This document shows positions 37,701-48,846 of a DNA stretch of 64,000 bases, one piece after another (within the stretch, counting starts at the first letter, position 1; each line of letters opens with the position of its first letter). Position numbers and translations under genes: made by a program. Below the pieces are notes generated by a model. The model was not told the origin of the DNA, did no database searches, and saw only the letters and a program-made list of their open reading frames with translations. The stretch lies in NCBI GenBank assembly GCA_010093815.1, contig ML996570.1. One strand, written 5' to 3'. This DNA is from Pseudovirgaria hyperparasitica. Its lineage: Eukaryota.

Positions 37701-38918
37701 TTGTTAATAAAGGGTGGTTTATCGAATTTTCACTTTCCTGATTGCCAAGCGAAATGGTTCGCCGCGCGCAACACGACCGACTGTTCACACGACGTAGTGA
37801 ACCAAATTTTAATTAATTGCCTATACAATTCCTACTACGAAAAAGTAGCTCAAGCTAATAAGACTTATGTGATGGGTCTATCGACATTCGTATCTTGCAG
37901 TGATATCGCTGAAGGGACGGATGCGGTTCACGTGCAGCTGTTGTTACCATCGTTACCAAGATACTTGGTTTACATAGAGTACGGGCATGCAATACAGTCA
38001 TCCTAACTATACAAAGGCTCGGTATAGGGTTGATCGTGAAGCTTGCTTGGTAGACCTTAGCCAGCGAATGTGCATGAAAGACTGGTGCCGTGACCACTCT
38101 AGACTGTCGGCAACCGAGATACATTTCAGAGGTAAAAGATGTAAGATTCTTCTCAAGCACATTAAAAGAAAGCAAGCAGGTCGCTTACCCTCATCAGGAT
38201 CAAGTCCGTAGTTGTCGTTGCATGATACCATTCCAATCCATACACTTGTCTGAGGAGCTCAGATCGCATTGTGCATGGAGAAGACCTACGATGAAGAGTT
38301 ATGATGATAATCAGACGACATTTCTACAACAAATATGGATTATTTTTGGGTCATGAATGTCAACCGCTTCCAATTGTCGACAGGTCGTTTGCGGTCAAAC
38401 GGTGAAGTCAAGTTAGTGAAGCTAGTTTGTGTTTTGAGCTAAATGCCTGAGGCATCAACAGTGTCCCCCAGCTCGGCTAGCAACTATTCTCCCGACTGCC
38501 TCTCGCGTCAATAACTCGTCTAATTCATTGTTATCCCGAAGCCGCGCTCGGCTCCTAGTACTTCGTTAACCCAAGGCCAACAGGCGCAATGCTTCCATTA
38601 ACTTCCACTGCTCCAGCGCCCACCGGGACATCAGCCAATCACGGCATTCGCCAGCTCGCCCTAGTGACCCGCTATGACTCGCCAAAGAGACTGTCTGCTG
38701 TTACCGGTCTAGAATGACGTTTAGAGGTGGTAAGCGAAAAGTTGTTTTAGGGCTTAGAGATTAGTGACTTACTGCTTTGAAATGCGAATTGCGAGTATAT
38801 GAAGCTCCTCGTTCCTCGTAGCTTGGTCAGTCGAACATCCCAAAATCAATTCAGTCTCCTCAGCAGGTCAATAGTTTGTACTTGATCTCATCAATCACTT
38901 TGTATAAAGCTCAACATC

Positions 38919-40268
38919 ATGTCACCCAAACGCTATGAATCCGAGAAGGTTGACCCTGCTCCTTTGGGCAAAACCCTCAATTTTGAGTTCTCCAAACGCA
39001 CGGCACGTAATCGCTTCATGAAAGCCGCCATGACAGAGCGTCTCTCGTCCTGGGATCCACAAGACAAGGCATCCAGGGGTATCCCGTCTAAGAATCTCAT
39101 AAATGTCTACAAACGATGGGGAGAGGGTGAATTTGGGGTCATACTGTCTGGGAACATCATGATCGACTACGACCAGTTGGAGGCTATGGGCAATCCGATC
39201 ATTCCACCCGACGCACCCTTCTCGGGCGAGCGATTTGAGGCTCAACAAGAAATGGCCAAAGCTGCAAAAGCACACGGTAGCTTGTTTGTCGGGCAAGTCA
39301 GCCATCCGGGCCGTCAAGTCGAGAATAGGATCAACCCAAACCCGATCTCCGCTAGTGACGTCCAGCTCGAGGGCAATATCATGGGTATGAGCTTCAACAA
39401 ACCACGTGAAGCTACCCAGCAAGATATCGACCATGTTGTGGAAAGTTTCGCTCACGCTGCTGAATATTTAGAGAAAGCTGGTTATGACGGTATTCAGTTA
39501 CATGGCGCACATGGCTATCTGCTCTCGCAATTCCTCTCACCTACCACGAATCAGCGCACTGATAAGTATGGCGGCAGCATCGAGAACCGTGCACGCATAA
39601 TCGTCGAAATCGCACAAGCCGTGCAGAAGCGCACCAAGCCAGACTTCAGTCTCAGCATCAAGCTCAATTCTGTCGAGTTCCAGGATAAGGGCTTCAGCCC
39701 CGAGGAAGCCCAGAAGGTAGTCGCCATCCTCGAGCAGAATAAGTTCGACTTCGTCGAGCTGTCAGGCGGCACATACGAATCTCTCGCATTCGTACATAAA
39801 CGCGAATCGACAAAGAAACGTGAAGCATTCTTCCTCGATTTTGCCGAGATGATTACTCCGGTATTGAGCAAGACCAAAGTGTATATCACAGGCGGTCTCA
39901 AGACAGCTGGCGCGATGGTCAAGGCCCTCGAGTCGGTCGATGGCGTTGGTCTTGCTCGTCCTGTCACGCAGGAGCCTACTTTGCCTAAAGATATCATCGA
40001 GGGCCGCGTCCTTGGTGCTATTGAGCAGCTGCCTGACCAGAATGACTTCGGGCTCACTAATGTGGTTGCCGGATCACAAATTCGCCAGATTGGAAAGGAT
40101 CAAACTCCGATTGATATGTCGCAGCAGTCGAACTTAGAAGGCTTCAAGAAAGATATGGCAACATGGGGCCAAGGATTGGCTTCAGATGAGGATCTGAAGA
40201 AGTTTGGCTACGTTGATATTGATACGGTGACGTCCACGCCGTATGGCACTGCAGCTCCATCATCATAG
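38919..40268 (+). CDS. NADH:flavin oxidoreductase (Old Yellow Enzyme family)
   Basis: NRFMKAAMTE, QVSHPGRQ, GYDGIQLHGAHGYLLSQFLSPTTNQRTDKYGGSIENR, ELSGGTYE. Intronless. Confidence 0.95.
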   Translation: MSPKRYESEKVDPAPLGKTLNFEFSKRTARNRFMKAAMTERLSSWDPQDKASRGIPSKNLINVYKRWGEGEFGVILSGNIMIDYDQLEAMGNPIIPPDAPFSGERFEAQQEMAKAAKAHGSLFVGQVSHPGRQVENRINPNPISASDVQLEGNIMGMSFNKPREATQQDIDHVVESFAHAAEYLEKAGYDGIQLHGAHGYLLSQFLSPTTNQRTDKYGGSIENRARIIVEIAQAVQKRTKPDFSLSIKLNSVEFQDKGFSPEEAQKVVAILEQNKFDFVELSGGTYESLAFVHKRESTKKREAFFLDFAEMITPVLSKTKVYITGGLKTAGAMVKALESVDGVGLARPVTQEPTLPKDIIEGRVLGAIEQLPDQNDFGLTNVVAGSQIRQIGKDQTPIDMSQQSNLEGFKKDMATWGQGLASDEDLKKFGYVDIDTVTSTPYGTAAPSS

Positions 40269-40434
40269 ACTAGAAATATAGATGTGTAGTTATAATTGTA
40301 TGTTATATGAATAAAAACTTAATCAAGTGTGTGCCCGTATGGTGAAATGAAAGCAGATGAAATGCTTTCACCCTGGCTGAATCCAGATAAGATAAGGGAT
40401 TGGACAGTTTTGACACCAAAAAGACAAAAGGAAA

Positions 40435-40520
40435 TCTCCCAACCCTGAATCGAACAGGGGACATTCTGATAACAATTTCCATTACAGTCAGACGCCATAA
40501 ACCAACTAGACCATTGGGAG
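40435..40520 (-). tRNA. tRNA-Tyr(GTA) with 11-nt intron
   Basis: Cloverleaf CTCCCAA/TTGGGAG; anticodon arm TCTGA-CTGTAA[intron 40481-40471]A-TCAGA; T arm CCCTG-TTCGATT-CAGGG; discriminator A; downstream T-run. Confidence 0.96.
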
Positions 40521-41291
40521 ATGAATGTTTGTATCGAAAAAGAAAATATATTCAGTTGTTTACCAGATCAAGAAGCGATAATCAGTTGCCGATATTCGTG
40601 CCCGTCGCACACTTATCGGGCCTTCGCATTTCAACGGTATACTAATCACGATTATATAGTTTACTCCAATACATAGTTACATCATCCGCCTCCATCTGTC
40701 AACTTATGGAATACTATGTGTGTGTGTGTACGAACGGCCGTCACAGTAACCAGATTTCCCGTGCCCGTTAGTCCGCGCGGACTGCAGGTGAAGGCTTTGG
40801 CACATGGGTGTTGCGTGGCAGCTCGTTGCATCGTTAGCATATAATTACAGCCTATGTCGAAGTTGATAGGCTATGACGAATGATATACAGAAGCGATTCC
40901 AGATGGCGTTCGCGTTCGCATGTATCGAACCGCTTGGCTATTCCTTTGCTTGAGGCCAGCTTATCATCAGTAAGTCCTAATTGGTTACGGAGTTCGGAAT
41001 AGACCCTAGATCACGACACGTCCGTGCCACAACATGAGCTCTACTTGTAGAATGCATGCCCCTGCTTACGTATTATCCATGCCGTCCTCCAGGTCCGCGC
41101 CGGAATAACATACCTCGAATGTACATTTGTATTTAAGGCGGTGCGCCATCCGCCTCAATAATGCCAGTCCGCGCGAGAAACTTGCTAAATGCGTACTTAG
41201 CAATGTCAGCATCAATTTTCATATAAAGACTGACCCCCGCGACAATAGCAGGCTCTGGACCGCAGACAAACACTCGAAGTCCACAAGCACT

Positions 41292-42986
41292 ATGGCAGGG
41301 CAGCAGAACGACCATGTGCCACCGTACGAAGAAGACGAGACCATCGGCGACACCAGTACGTCTGGGCCTCCTGCGTATCCCAACGAAGAGTCCACACCTT
41401 TGCTACCACACGATGGTAAAGCGCTCTCATCACACCGCAAACAGTCTAAACCAAAATGGCGACTCGTAGTCTTTACCATAATCCTCATTGTCACACTCAC
41501 AGATATAGGAAACCTGATGTCCGATGCCCCGCTCGTACGGTTATATGAAGAGATAGCATGCGCAGGGTACTGGGGCTTCAAGGATCCGTCACATATACTA
41601 CCAGATGGATCCATTCCAGAAGAAGACTGTAAAGTCAACCGCGTGCAAGAGGTAGTTGCTCTTGTCGTAGGCTGGAGCGGTGCCTGGGATTCCATGATAG
41701 GGATCCTGCTGGCGGTGCCGTTTGGTATGCTGGCTGATAAATGGGGAAGAAAACCGGTGCTATTCTTGAGCCTCTTTGGGGTCTTACTGTCTTGCATCTG
41801 GAAGGCCATTGTTTGTGGGTACCTCGCTTTGTCTCTCTCGAAACCACGCATTGAATGATGATACAGGCTATATGCGATGGAGACTTGAGGCTGTCTGGGC
41901 CTCATCCCTTTTCTTACTCATTGGCGGTGGCCCAGTAGTGGCATCTGCTATGCTACTGACAATGATGGCAGACGTTATGCCTGCCGAGAAGAGGACAGTC
42001 ATCTTTCTGTTTGTACATGCAGCAGTTGTTGCGGGTGAAATTCTTGGCCCGACAGTGGCATCTTTGCTCATGAGATCTGATCCATATCTCCCGGTCCTTA
42101 TTGGTGTTGCGATTCAGGCTTCTGCGTTCTTTTGTGCGATTTTTCTCTCGGAAACCCTCCAGTACCGACCGACAGTACCTTCCATGCTACGTCCGGAGCC
42201 GACTGATGAAGAGTCACCTTGCACATCTACAGCCAAAGCCTCTAGCAGGCTACTAATGCCATTCGTGCATGTAAAGGACAGCCTGGCCTTCGTTTTCAAG
42301 GATAAAAATTTAGCACTTGCGCTGTTGACATTCTTATGCGAAGGCTTAAGTGGAAATGCGATGAATCTATTGTTGCAATATTTCCCAAAACGCTATGGTT
42401 GGCACATCGCAGATGTAAGTCTTCTATCGGAAGTAACATGTCGAACACCAATCTAACATCTTTATCCAAGGCGGCACTACTTGGCACCCTCAGATCAGTC
42501 GTCAACCTCATTGTTTACATGGTCCTTCTACCAACCCTTCCGTTCTTACTGATGAAGCGTTTTGGCATTTCCAGTAGCAAGGCTGATCTTCTGCTGAGCC
42601 AGATCAGCGGTATTCTACTGACGATAGGCATGTTTACAATGGGCATATCCCCAAATGTCATACTCGCAATCATCGGCCTTGTGATATATGTCTTTGGTAC
42701 AGGCTACGTAGCATTCATTCGGAGCATCGCGACTTCGTTGCTGGGCGGTTCTGAATCTCATAACCTTGCCAGATTGTATACTATGATGCAATCTATGCAA
42801 GGGCTCGGGGCTGTCATCACTGGTCCCTTAATTCCCATGGCGTTCAAATGGGGGATGGATTTGGGCGGCTTCTGGATTGGCATGCCTTTTCTATTCACGA
42901 CAGTTGGATATTCAGCTATGGTGGTCATGATTTTCTTCATTGAAGTGCCAGATACTGGAAGCGAAGTTGCTGAGCAGCAAGCATAG
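41292..42986 (+). CDS. Major facilitator superfamily transporter
   Basis: Motif A GMLADKWGRKPV; many TM segments; N-terminal EESTPLL dileucine-type signal. Introns 41815-41866 and 42415-42470 restore one frame. Confidence 0.9.
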
Positions 42987-44194
42987 ACGGGGACTGGGCA
43001 CCATCTTGAGGTCTGTAGATCTCCCAAGGAGTTGGAAGACGCGATTTATGCTTGTTTTGCATTGCTTACTGAGAGATTCCTGTAACTGATGTACTGATAT
43101 AGACGAATGTACCTAATAGTAGAACTATAAAAACACAACACTCTTCATCGCGCATGAGCCTATCTCTTTTCACTCACAACCACACAGACCTATACAAGGT
43201 TCCAAACTATTCACAGGGCCATAGCACTAGCGCTTTGTCTCGAAATGTGAGCGTCGCGCCCATTGTATGGCCCGAAATATCTTGGATCACTTTCACAGCG
43301 CGTTCATGAAACAGAATGGAAGATGGTGGTTCTGATGTCGATGTCGCAGAGCCAATCAGGCCCTTGTCGCTAGCGAATTTGGCGGCCACTGGCGCCGAGA
43401 TGTCCCCTGGCAGGCGCGAAACGGCGCTGTGTGGACGCCCAGTGGACCCTTGAACTCTGACGTATCTGGCGCCAACTGTCCATCTTTCTTCCAACGCTTC
43501 AGGCTCTTTACATGAGAAGCCATGCAAGGTCACCGATACGCTGGCCGAGCAAATCCTTGTCTCTGTGATTAATGGTGAAAGCGTGCTCGCTGATCAAGTT
43601 CTTCCTTCAGGTATGTTGCCCGGCGCTATCGTAGGACCTGCCGGGCGTGTGCCAGGTATATATCTTGCTTCTGCCCTCGCTGCTCGAGAGATCAGCAATC
43701 AGACTCGTTCGAAGATCACAGCACCTGACCACGATCCTGGCGACGTGGGATTCCTTTTACATCGTTTCTTGTCTTCTTAACTTTACCTAATCAACCGTCG
43801 TCTATTCCGCATTTTCGATCACCTCTGTTGTGCTTTGGCCCATTGTTCAGCGCTTGGAGCCTTGTTATCACGTTTCATATTCCACGTCAATCGCATACGC
43901 AAAAAATCTAGAGGGTCCTTCATTCATAGCTCGGAGTGAAGAGCCAACGATTCCACGGCACTGAGAGACGTTGTGCGACCGAGCATTGTGCATAATATCT
44001 GGAGAGGCATTGTAAAGGAGCAGCTTCCGTATTTAGACCACGCACAGGATCTTTTCAGAGAGGATAAACGTTGACTGGTTTCCTTATCCTTTCAACCTTC
44101 TCCCGGTGGACATACTTTTATCGACTGGTTCGATCAATAGTTTCGCACAGCATAATCACTACATCACGCAAACCTCAGCCACGTGTATTCCACC

Positions 44195-44992
44195 ATGGGA
44201 TTGTTCGGGCAACTCAAAACCCCCCTCTCGTCTGCTGGCCGAGCCAGGGACAAAGCCAGAAACTACGCTGGAGAAAAAGGTATCCCTCCAGAGGCGTTCA
44301 ATAGAGTCGAGAACGTTGGCAAGAAGGCGATGAAGAACGCCGGACAGAAAGCTGTCTATGGAATCCCTGGAGTCGGACCAATAATCTTTGCCTGCCACAT
44401 GGCCTCAAAGCCGCCCAGGAGGATAGCCAGATACTACTATCATGGTGTCGACAACACTACAGCGGAGTCAAAGAACTGTGGCTACACGCTCGCCGTCCAG
44501 GGCAGATGGCCAGCCGTGTTCCGCATGGTCCTCCGCTTCCTCCAATTTTGGGCTGCTATTCTGGTCTACTGTTTCTACGCCATCGATCTTTACAGAAGTG
44601 GAAAACAGAACCCCAAGTTCTATGATTCTAGGTGGATGTATGTTGTCGTTCTGGCGACAATGAGTTGTTTCAGCTCCATTGCCCTAGGTCTCCCTTACTT
44701 GAAGCCGTGGCTTTATGCGCCATTAGATCTGTTTCTTTGGTAAGTTGAGTTTCTTCTGATAATCTATATCACTACTAACTATGTACGTAGCATCTGTTGG
44801 CTGGTTGGTTTTGGCATCTTTGGAAAGATGTACATCCCAGAAGACGCCGAGGGCAACGGCGGCATCAATCGCATGAAGAAAGGCGTATGGGTTCTTCTCA
44901 CTAACATGCTACTCTGGAACATTTCAGCAGCATTTGGTATGTACGGTATGTGGCTTTGGAAGAAAGCGAGGCGTCCTGGACTACCCAAGTAG
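44195..44992 (+). CDS. MARVEL-like four-TM membrane protein
   Basis: VLRFLQFWAAILVYCFYAIDL, WMYVVVLATMS, then after intron 44740-44790 FGIFGKMYI...RMKKGVWVLLTNMLLW. Confidence 0.8.
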
Positions 44993-45405
44993 GACTGCCT
45001 TGATCAACTACAAGGTTTCGACGTCCGCCCCTCAAATCTCCAATAGTATGCTACAGGATGGGTCATAACTGTCCGTAATCAGCTACATCATTATGTCTTC
45101 ATGTTTCTTTATTTCTTATAGCATGGTTCGGCGCTGGGGCTTCTTTGTATCTTGTCAGCTGTCATTGGCGTCACGATACCCTCTGAAAGCGTGACATGTG
45201 CGTACCATCTTTATCATAGAGACCGGACTTGTCATTCAGATTGTGTATAATATAAAGTCTTTAAGGTTAGAAAGTCAGCTCATCTTGTGCTCGTTGTATC
45301 AGGACTTGTGAACATCTCTCGCAAACGATTATGGTGGCAACAGGACTGACAGCCATCAAGTACGTAGTTAGCATGGGCTGAAAGTTGTTTTCCTACTACT
45401 CTACT

Positions 45406-47103
45406 CTACTTTTTCTTCGAAGATGTCGCTACCATCCTCTTCTTCACATGCTTTGGAATCTTCGTCTTTCGCTTCTCCCTTTTCTCCTCCTTGACCGCAG
45501 CTTTATGCTCCTTCTTCGTGTCCTTGTCCACGAACCTCTTCCCCCTAGGCTGGCCCTTCTCCTTCTCAACCCACTCTTCGTCATCCTCACTCGTACTCCC
45601 GTCCTCTTCACTGCCATCCTCGCTCTCCTCACTGCCAACCTTCACACCGCCATCAGCAGCGACTTTGTCCGCAAGCAGAGGTCGGTAGACCAGGTCCTCA
45701 CCACCCCCTTGTCCGATCGCCTCCGCATCGCGCTCGATGTCGTATACTTGATCGAGCGTTTGCGGAATATATTGCTGACGAAAGACTTCGTTGTCAACCT
45801 CCTCCTTCGCTCGGAGCTCGTCCGTGTTTCCGGCCTCCAGTCTCGCACCATACAGCGCATCCAGAGTCTCTTGGATCCCGGCTGGTTCCACACTAGTATC
45901 CGTGCTTGTGACGAACTCGAAGATAGTGCGCTCGGGCAGTGTATCCACACCCTGAGAGCGGAAGTAGCTCGACACGTTCTTGACGTCCATGCGGAGAAAT
46001 TCGAGGCTGCGCGGATGATCATGCTCCACGGACTGACTGACATCGATCATGTACAGCTTATCAGCGTTGTACAGTAAATTATACTCGCTCAGATCGGCGT
46101 GCACGAGGCGGCATGTCTGATACATGATGCGCATGTAGCTCAGCAGTTGTCTGTATATTCCCATCCACTTTGCCTCAAGCTCGTCCTCGCTGAGGTCTGC
46201 AAACGACACATCCTTGAGCCGTGGCGCCGGGTATCCTTTCTTGTCACCGATGAATCCCATGACGAGCACATGTAGCCGCAGATACAACGGCTCTGGGCAG
46301 GGAATTCCCGCAGCGTACAAGCGGCGCAGATTGCGCATCTCTTTCTCTGCCCACACCTTGACCATTTGCCTATTGTTGCTCTTATTATAGCCGGAGCGGA
46401 AGCGGTACTCACCCGTGACGTACTTGTCCCGGTCTTTGAAAACGAGTATACTTGTTTTGTAAACCTTGATTGCACGGTGCTGCGGCAGTGTGTCTGTCGT
46501 TGCGCTGCTTTCTATATCACCTGTGCTGGGCTCGGGGTATTGGAGGGCATGGTAGACGTTCGCTTCTTTGCCGGTGGACACGCAACCGTGGATCTCGGAG
46601 ACGACATTTCGATTGATCATCTTCAAGAGTAGCATGCGAGTTCGTGGGTCGAGGACTTGCTCGCTTGTTGCGCGATCACTTTTGTCTTTCTCCGATTTGT
46701 CTCGTCCGCTTGCGCCGCCGCCTCCACCACCTCTTGCGTCGAGCTTAATCTTTGTGGCATGTTTGGATAGGGAAGATATCTGATCGTCGACGCTGGCAGT
46801 CAGGTTTGCAGAAGGTTTCTGGGGGTTGCTCTTTGGTTTCTGGTCGGCTGGAATGGAAGGGTCATTCAGTTTGACTTGGCGGTTGTAGGATTTCGTGTAG
46901 TCGTTAGGGTTTGCGGTCGCTAGTAGAGGTGCATCGAGCTCATCATCATCTTCTGACTCGCCCAGAATATCACTGTAGTCTTCATCTTGCTCAAATTCCT
47001 CTGTGTGTGTATTGCTCTGATTAGAGACTTGGTTTTGGATGTCTACATCCTGCTGGAGAGACATGTTTGAGACGTCTTTCGAAAGCTGTTCTCCAGATGC
47101 CAT
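45406..47103 (-). CDS. RIO1: Serine/threonine kinase Rio1 (40S maturation)
   Basis: DKSDRATSEQVLDPRT, STGKEANVY, AIKVYKTSILVFKDRDKYV, LVHADLSEYNLL, IDVSQSVEHDHP, Lys-rich tail. Start taken at ATG 47103. Confidence 0.96.
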   Translation of the reverse strand: MASGEQLSKDVSNMSLQQDVDIQNQVSNQSNTHTEEFEQDEDYSDILGESEDDDELDAPLLATANPNDYTKSYNRQVKLNDPSIPADQKPKSNPQKPSANLTASVDDQISSLSKHATKIKLDARGGGGGGASGRDKSEKDKSDRATSEQVLDPRTRMLLLKMINRNVVSEIHGCVSTGKEANVYHALQYPEPSTGDIESSATTDTLPQHRAIKVYKTSILVFKDRDKYVTGEYRFRSGYNKSNNRQMVKVWAEKEMRNLRRLYAAGIPCPEPLYLRLHVLVMGFIGDKKGYPAPRLKDVSFADLSEDELEAKWMGIYRQLLSYMRIMYQTCRLVHADLSEYNLLYNADKLYMIDVSQSVEHDHPRSLEFLRMDVKNVSSYFRSQGVDTLPERTIFEFVTSTDTSVEPAGIQETLDALYGARLEAGNTDELRAKEEVDNEVFRQQYIPQTLDQVYDIERDAEAIGQGGGEDLVYRPLLADKVAADGGVKVGSEESEDGSEEDGSTSEDDEEWVEKEKGQPRGKRFVDKDTKKEHKAAVKEEKREKRKTKIPKHVKKRMVATSSKKK

Positions 47104-47233
47104 GGTGAGGGTATGAGTGCTAAAGGAGAGAAGAGAGAAGAAAAGAAGCCAGCAGAGTGAGAGGAGGGGCAAGTGGGGTGGTGTGTGTGTTGTATGCCAG
47201 CGACAATCTTTCACAAATTCCCCACTGCGGGCC

Positions 47234-47700
47234 CTTATCGATTACGAGCACATTGGTGGCTTACCAGTGGGTTTCTGCCTGAGGCATCAATGACTCATAA
47301 GAATTGACTCAATTGAGGAGGTGCTCTTTGACGTGGAAGTTTGAATGACCCGCAGAGTCAAAGTGAAGAGCGCATCTGCGATGCTTACATTCATGAGAAA
47401 CTCAATCTACCTAACTCACCCGTCAATGTAAGTTTGAGCAAGCATCAGCGAGCTTCAGGTAGGAAATCGCAAATGCCACCATATTAAAGAGACGCATCTG
47501 TTTGCTGTAAGGTTTACCTCCCTGACAATCCAGCTTGTAATCTATGGTGCGGGCTGCGGCCCATACGGGATGTTGCATCCAGAGATCCAATTTGATATGA
47601 GAAAACCACAAATGAGGCCTACAAACTTGACCACCACAACAGGAATTTTAAACAGCAGTTAGTGTCACGCTGTTGTAGCAATTAAAACGCCCCTGAGTCA
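47234..47700. promoter_or_regulatory. Divergent promoter with clustered TGA(C/G)TCA (Gcn4/CpcA or AP-1 type) sites
   Basis: ATGACTCAT 47290-47298, TGACTCA 47305-47311, TGAGTCA 47694-47700; CTTATC(GAT) 47234-47242 next to RIO1; TATATAAA ~47717. Confidence 0.45.
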
Positions 47701-47821
47701 ATCTTACAACCTAGCTATATAAATACGTGTGTCCTTGGTCTTTGCCATTCCAGAAACCCATATAAATCAGATCCTCCGCTTACTCTGTTGTATACCACCA
47801 CCACGCAAAGGGACCAGAAGA

Positions 47822-48283
47822 ATGAACCACCTATATCCCCCCTATCCACCGCAGGATCCATTCAATTCGCAGTCTACGTACCCATCGTCCGGTCAATCTC
47901 TGCCGGTGCAGCTTTTTGCCTTTTCAGGAGCACCCCATGCTCAGACACCAATTTCATCCAATGCGCCTACGTATATACAGGCATTGAAAAGTCTCATCGA
48001 AGGTATGTTGCTCACAGCATGACCCTACGGGTGCTAATTCACGACCACAGCAATGGTCTATAGGAGCCACCAAAGCCGTGCGCCGATAGTCCAGACACGC
48101 GCGGGATTGGGCTTTTACGTCGCCCGTATCATGTGCCAGGACGAAGGTCGAATGATCGGACACGGAGTCTACGGTACTACAGAAGAAAAGGCTGTCTGGA
48201 ACCTGATGATGGAACTGAGAAATCAGGAAGAGTGGGCGACGGGACCGTCACGGTCACCACAGGGCGCCTTGAATGAAGCCTAG
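47822..48283 (+). CDS. Small hypothetical protein (~137 aa, 2 exons)
   Basis: ATG 47822; intron 48003-48050 (GTATGT, GCTAAT branch, CAG) joins in frame to ORF 48053..48283; TATA-like elements upstream. Confidence 0.6.
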
Positions 48284-48846
48284 ACAAACGTGGAGACAGG
48301 CCAGTATGAACGAATGCATTTTTCTGCTATGAACAAGCGATTGCGCATGTCCCATACGAACCATGGTGGCACATTTGGGGCCCTCGTATACTGAGACTCA
48401 TTCACTAGAATTCCATATGTTCCAGAAGGCAAATGAATGCAAGGCTTTGCCGATATCATGAACAACTTAACCATCTCATATCATAAAGATATGTGCCGTT
48501 TTCGTCCGTCCAAGCTCTTGTTTGCATTTCGTGTGCGTGTCCTCCGTTCATGACCATGTGAGATAAACATTCGTAATGACAGCACCGTATAACGGCACTA
48601 TATCTCAATTTTGACTCTAACCGACTGACCTGAACACGTCCTGATTCGGCTGAAAGATAAAAGTCGACGATGATGGCTAGAAGAAGACATTGGACCCTGA
48701 GCCGTCGGCGTCGGCGTCGGGCGCGGGCCTCGGCTCGGCAACTGACTCCCCACCACAGAAGGATGGATCTTAACATCCTCCTACAACGCAGCAATCTCAA
48801 CATGTAGACCTCAATACTGGACACTTCTGACCTTACACTCAGCACA

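Noticed and set aside
37549..37810. Interpretation as RNase P RNA, group I intron, U1 snRNA or tRNA-Sec
   Set aside because: Only isolated partial motifs (GGTAAGTCGTG, AAGAAATAGTC, ATACTTA). Required partner elements, spacing and a UCA anticodon arm are missing.
43207..43780. Short ORFs between the MFS and MARVEL-like genes
   Set aside because: Non-ATG starts, upstream in-frame stop, no motifs or convincing splice structure.
45385..46077. Long antisense ORFs (also 2798..3505, 41219..41905, 62482..63288)
   Set aside because: Shadow frames of well-supported genes on the opposite strand.
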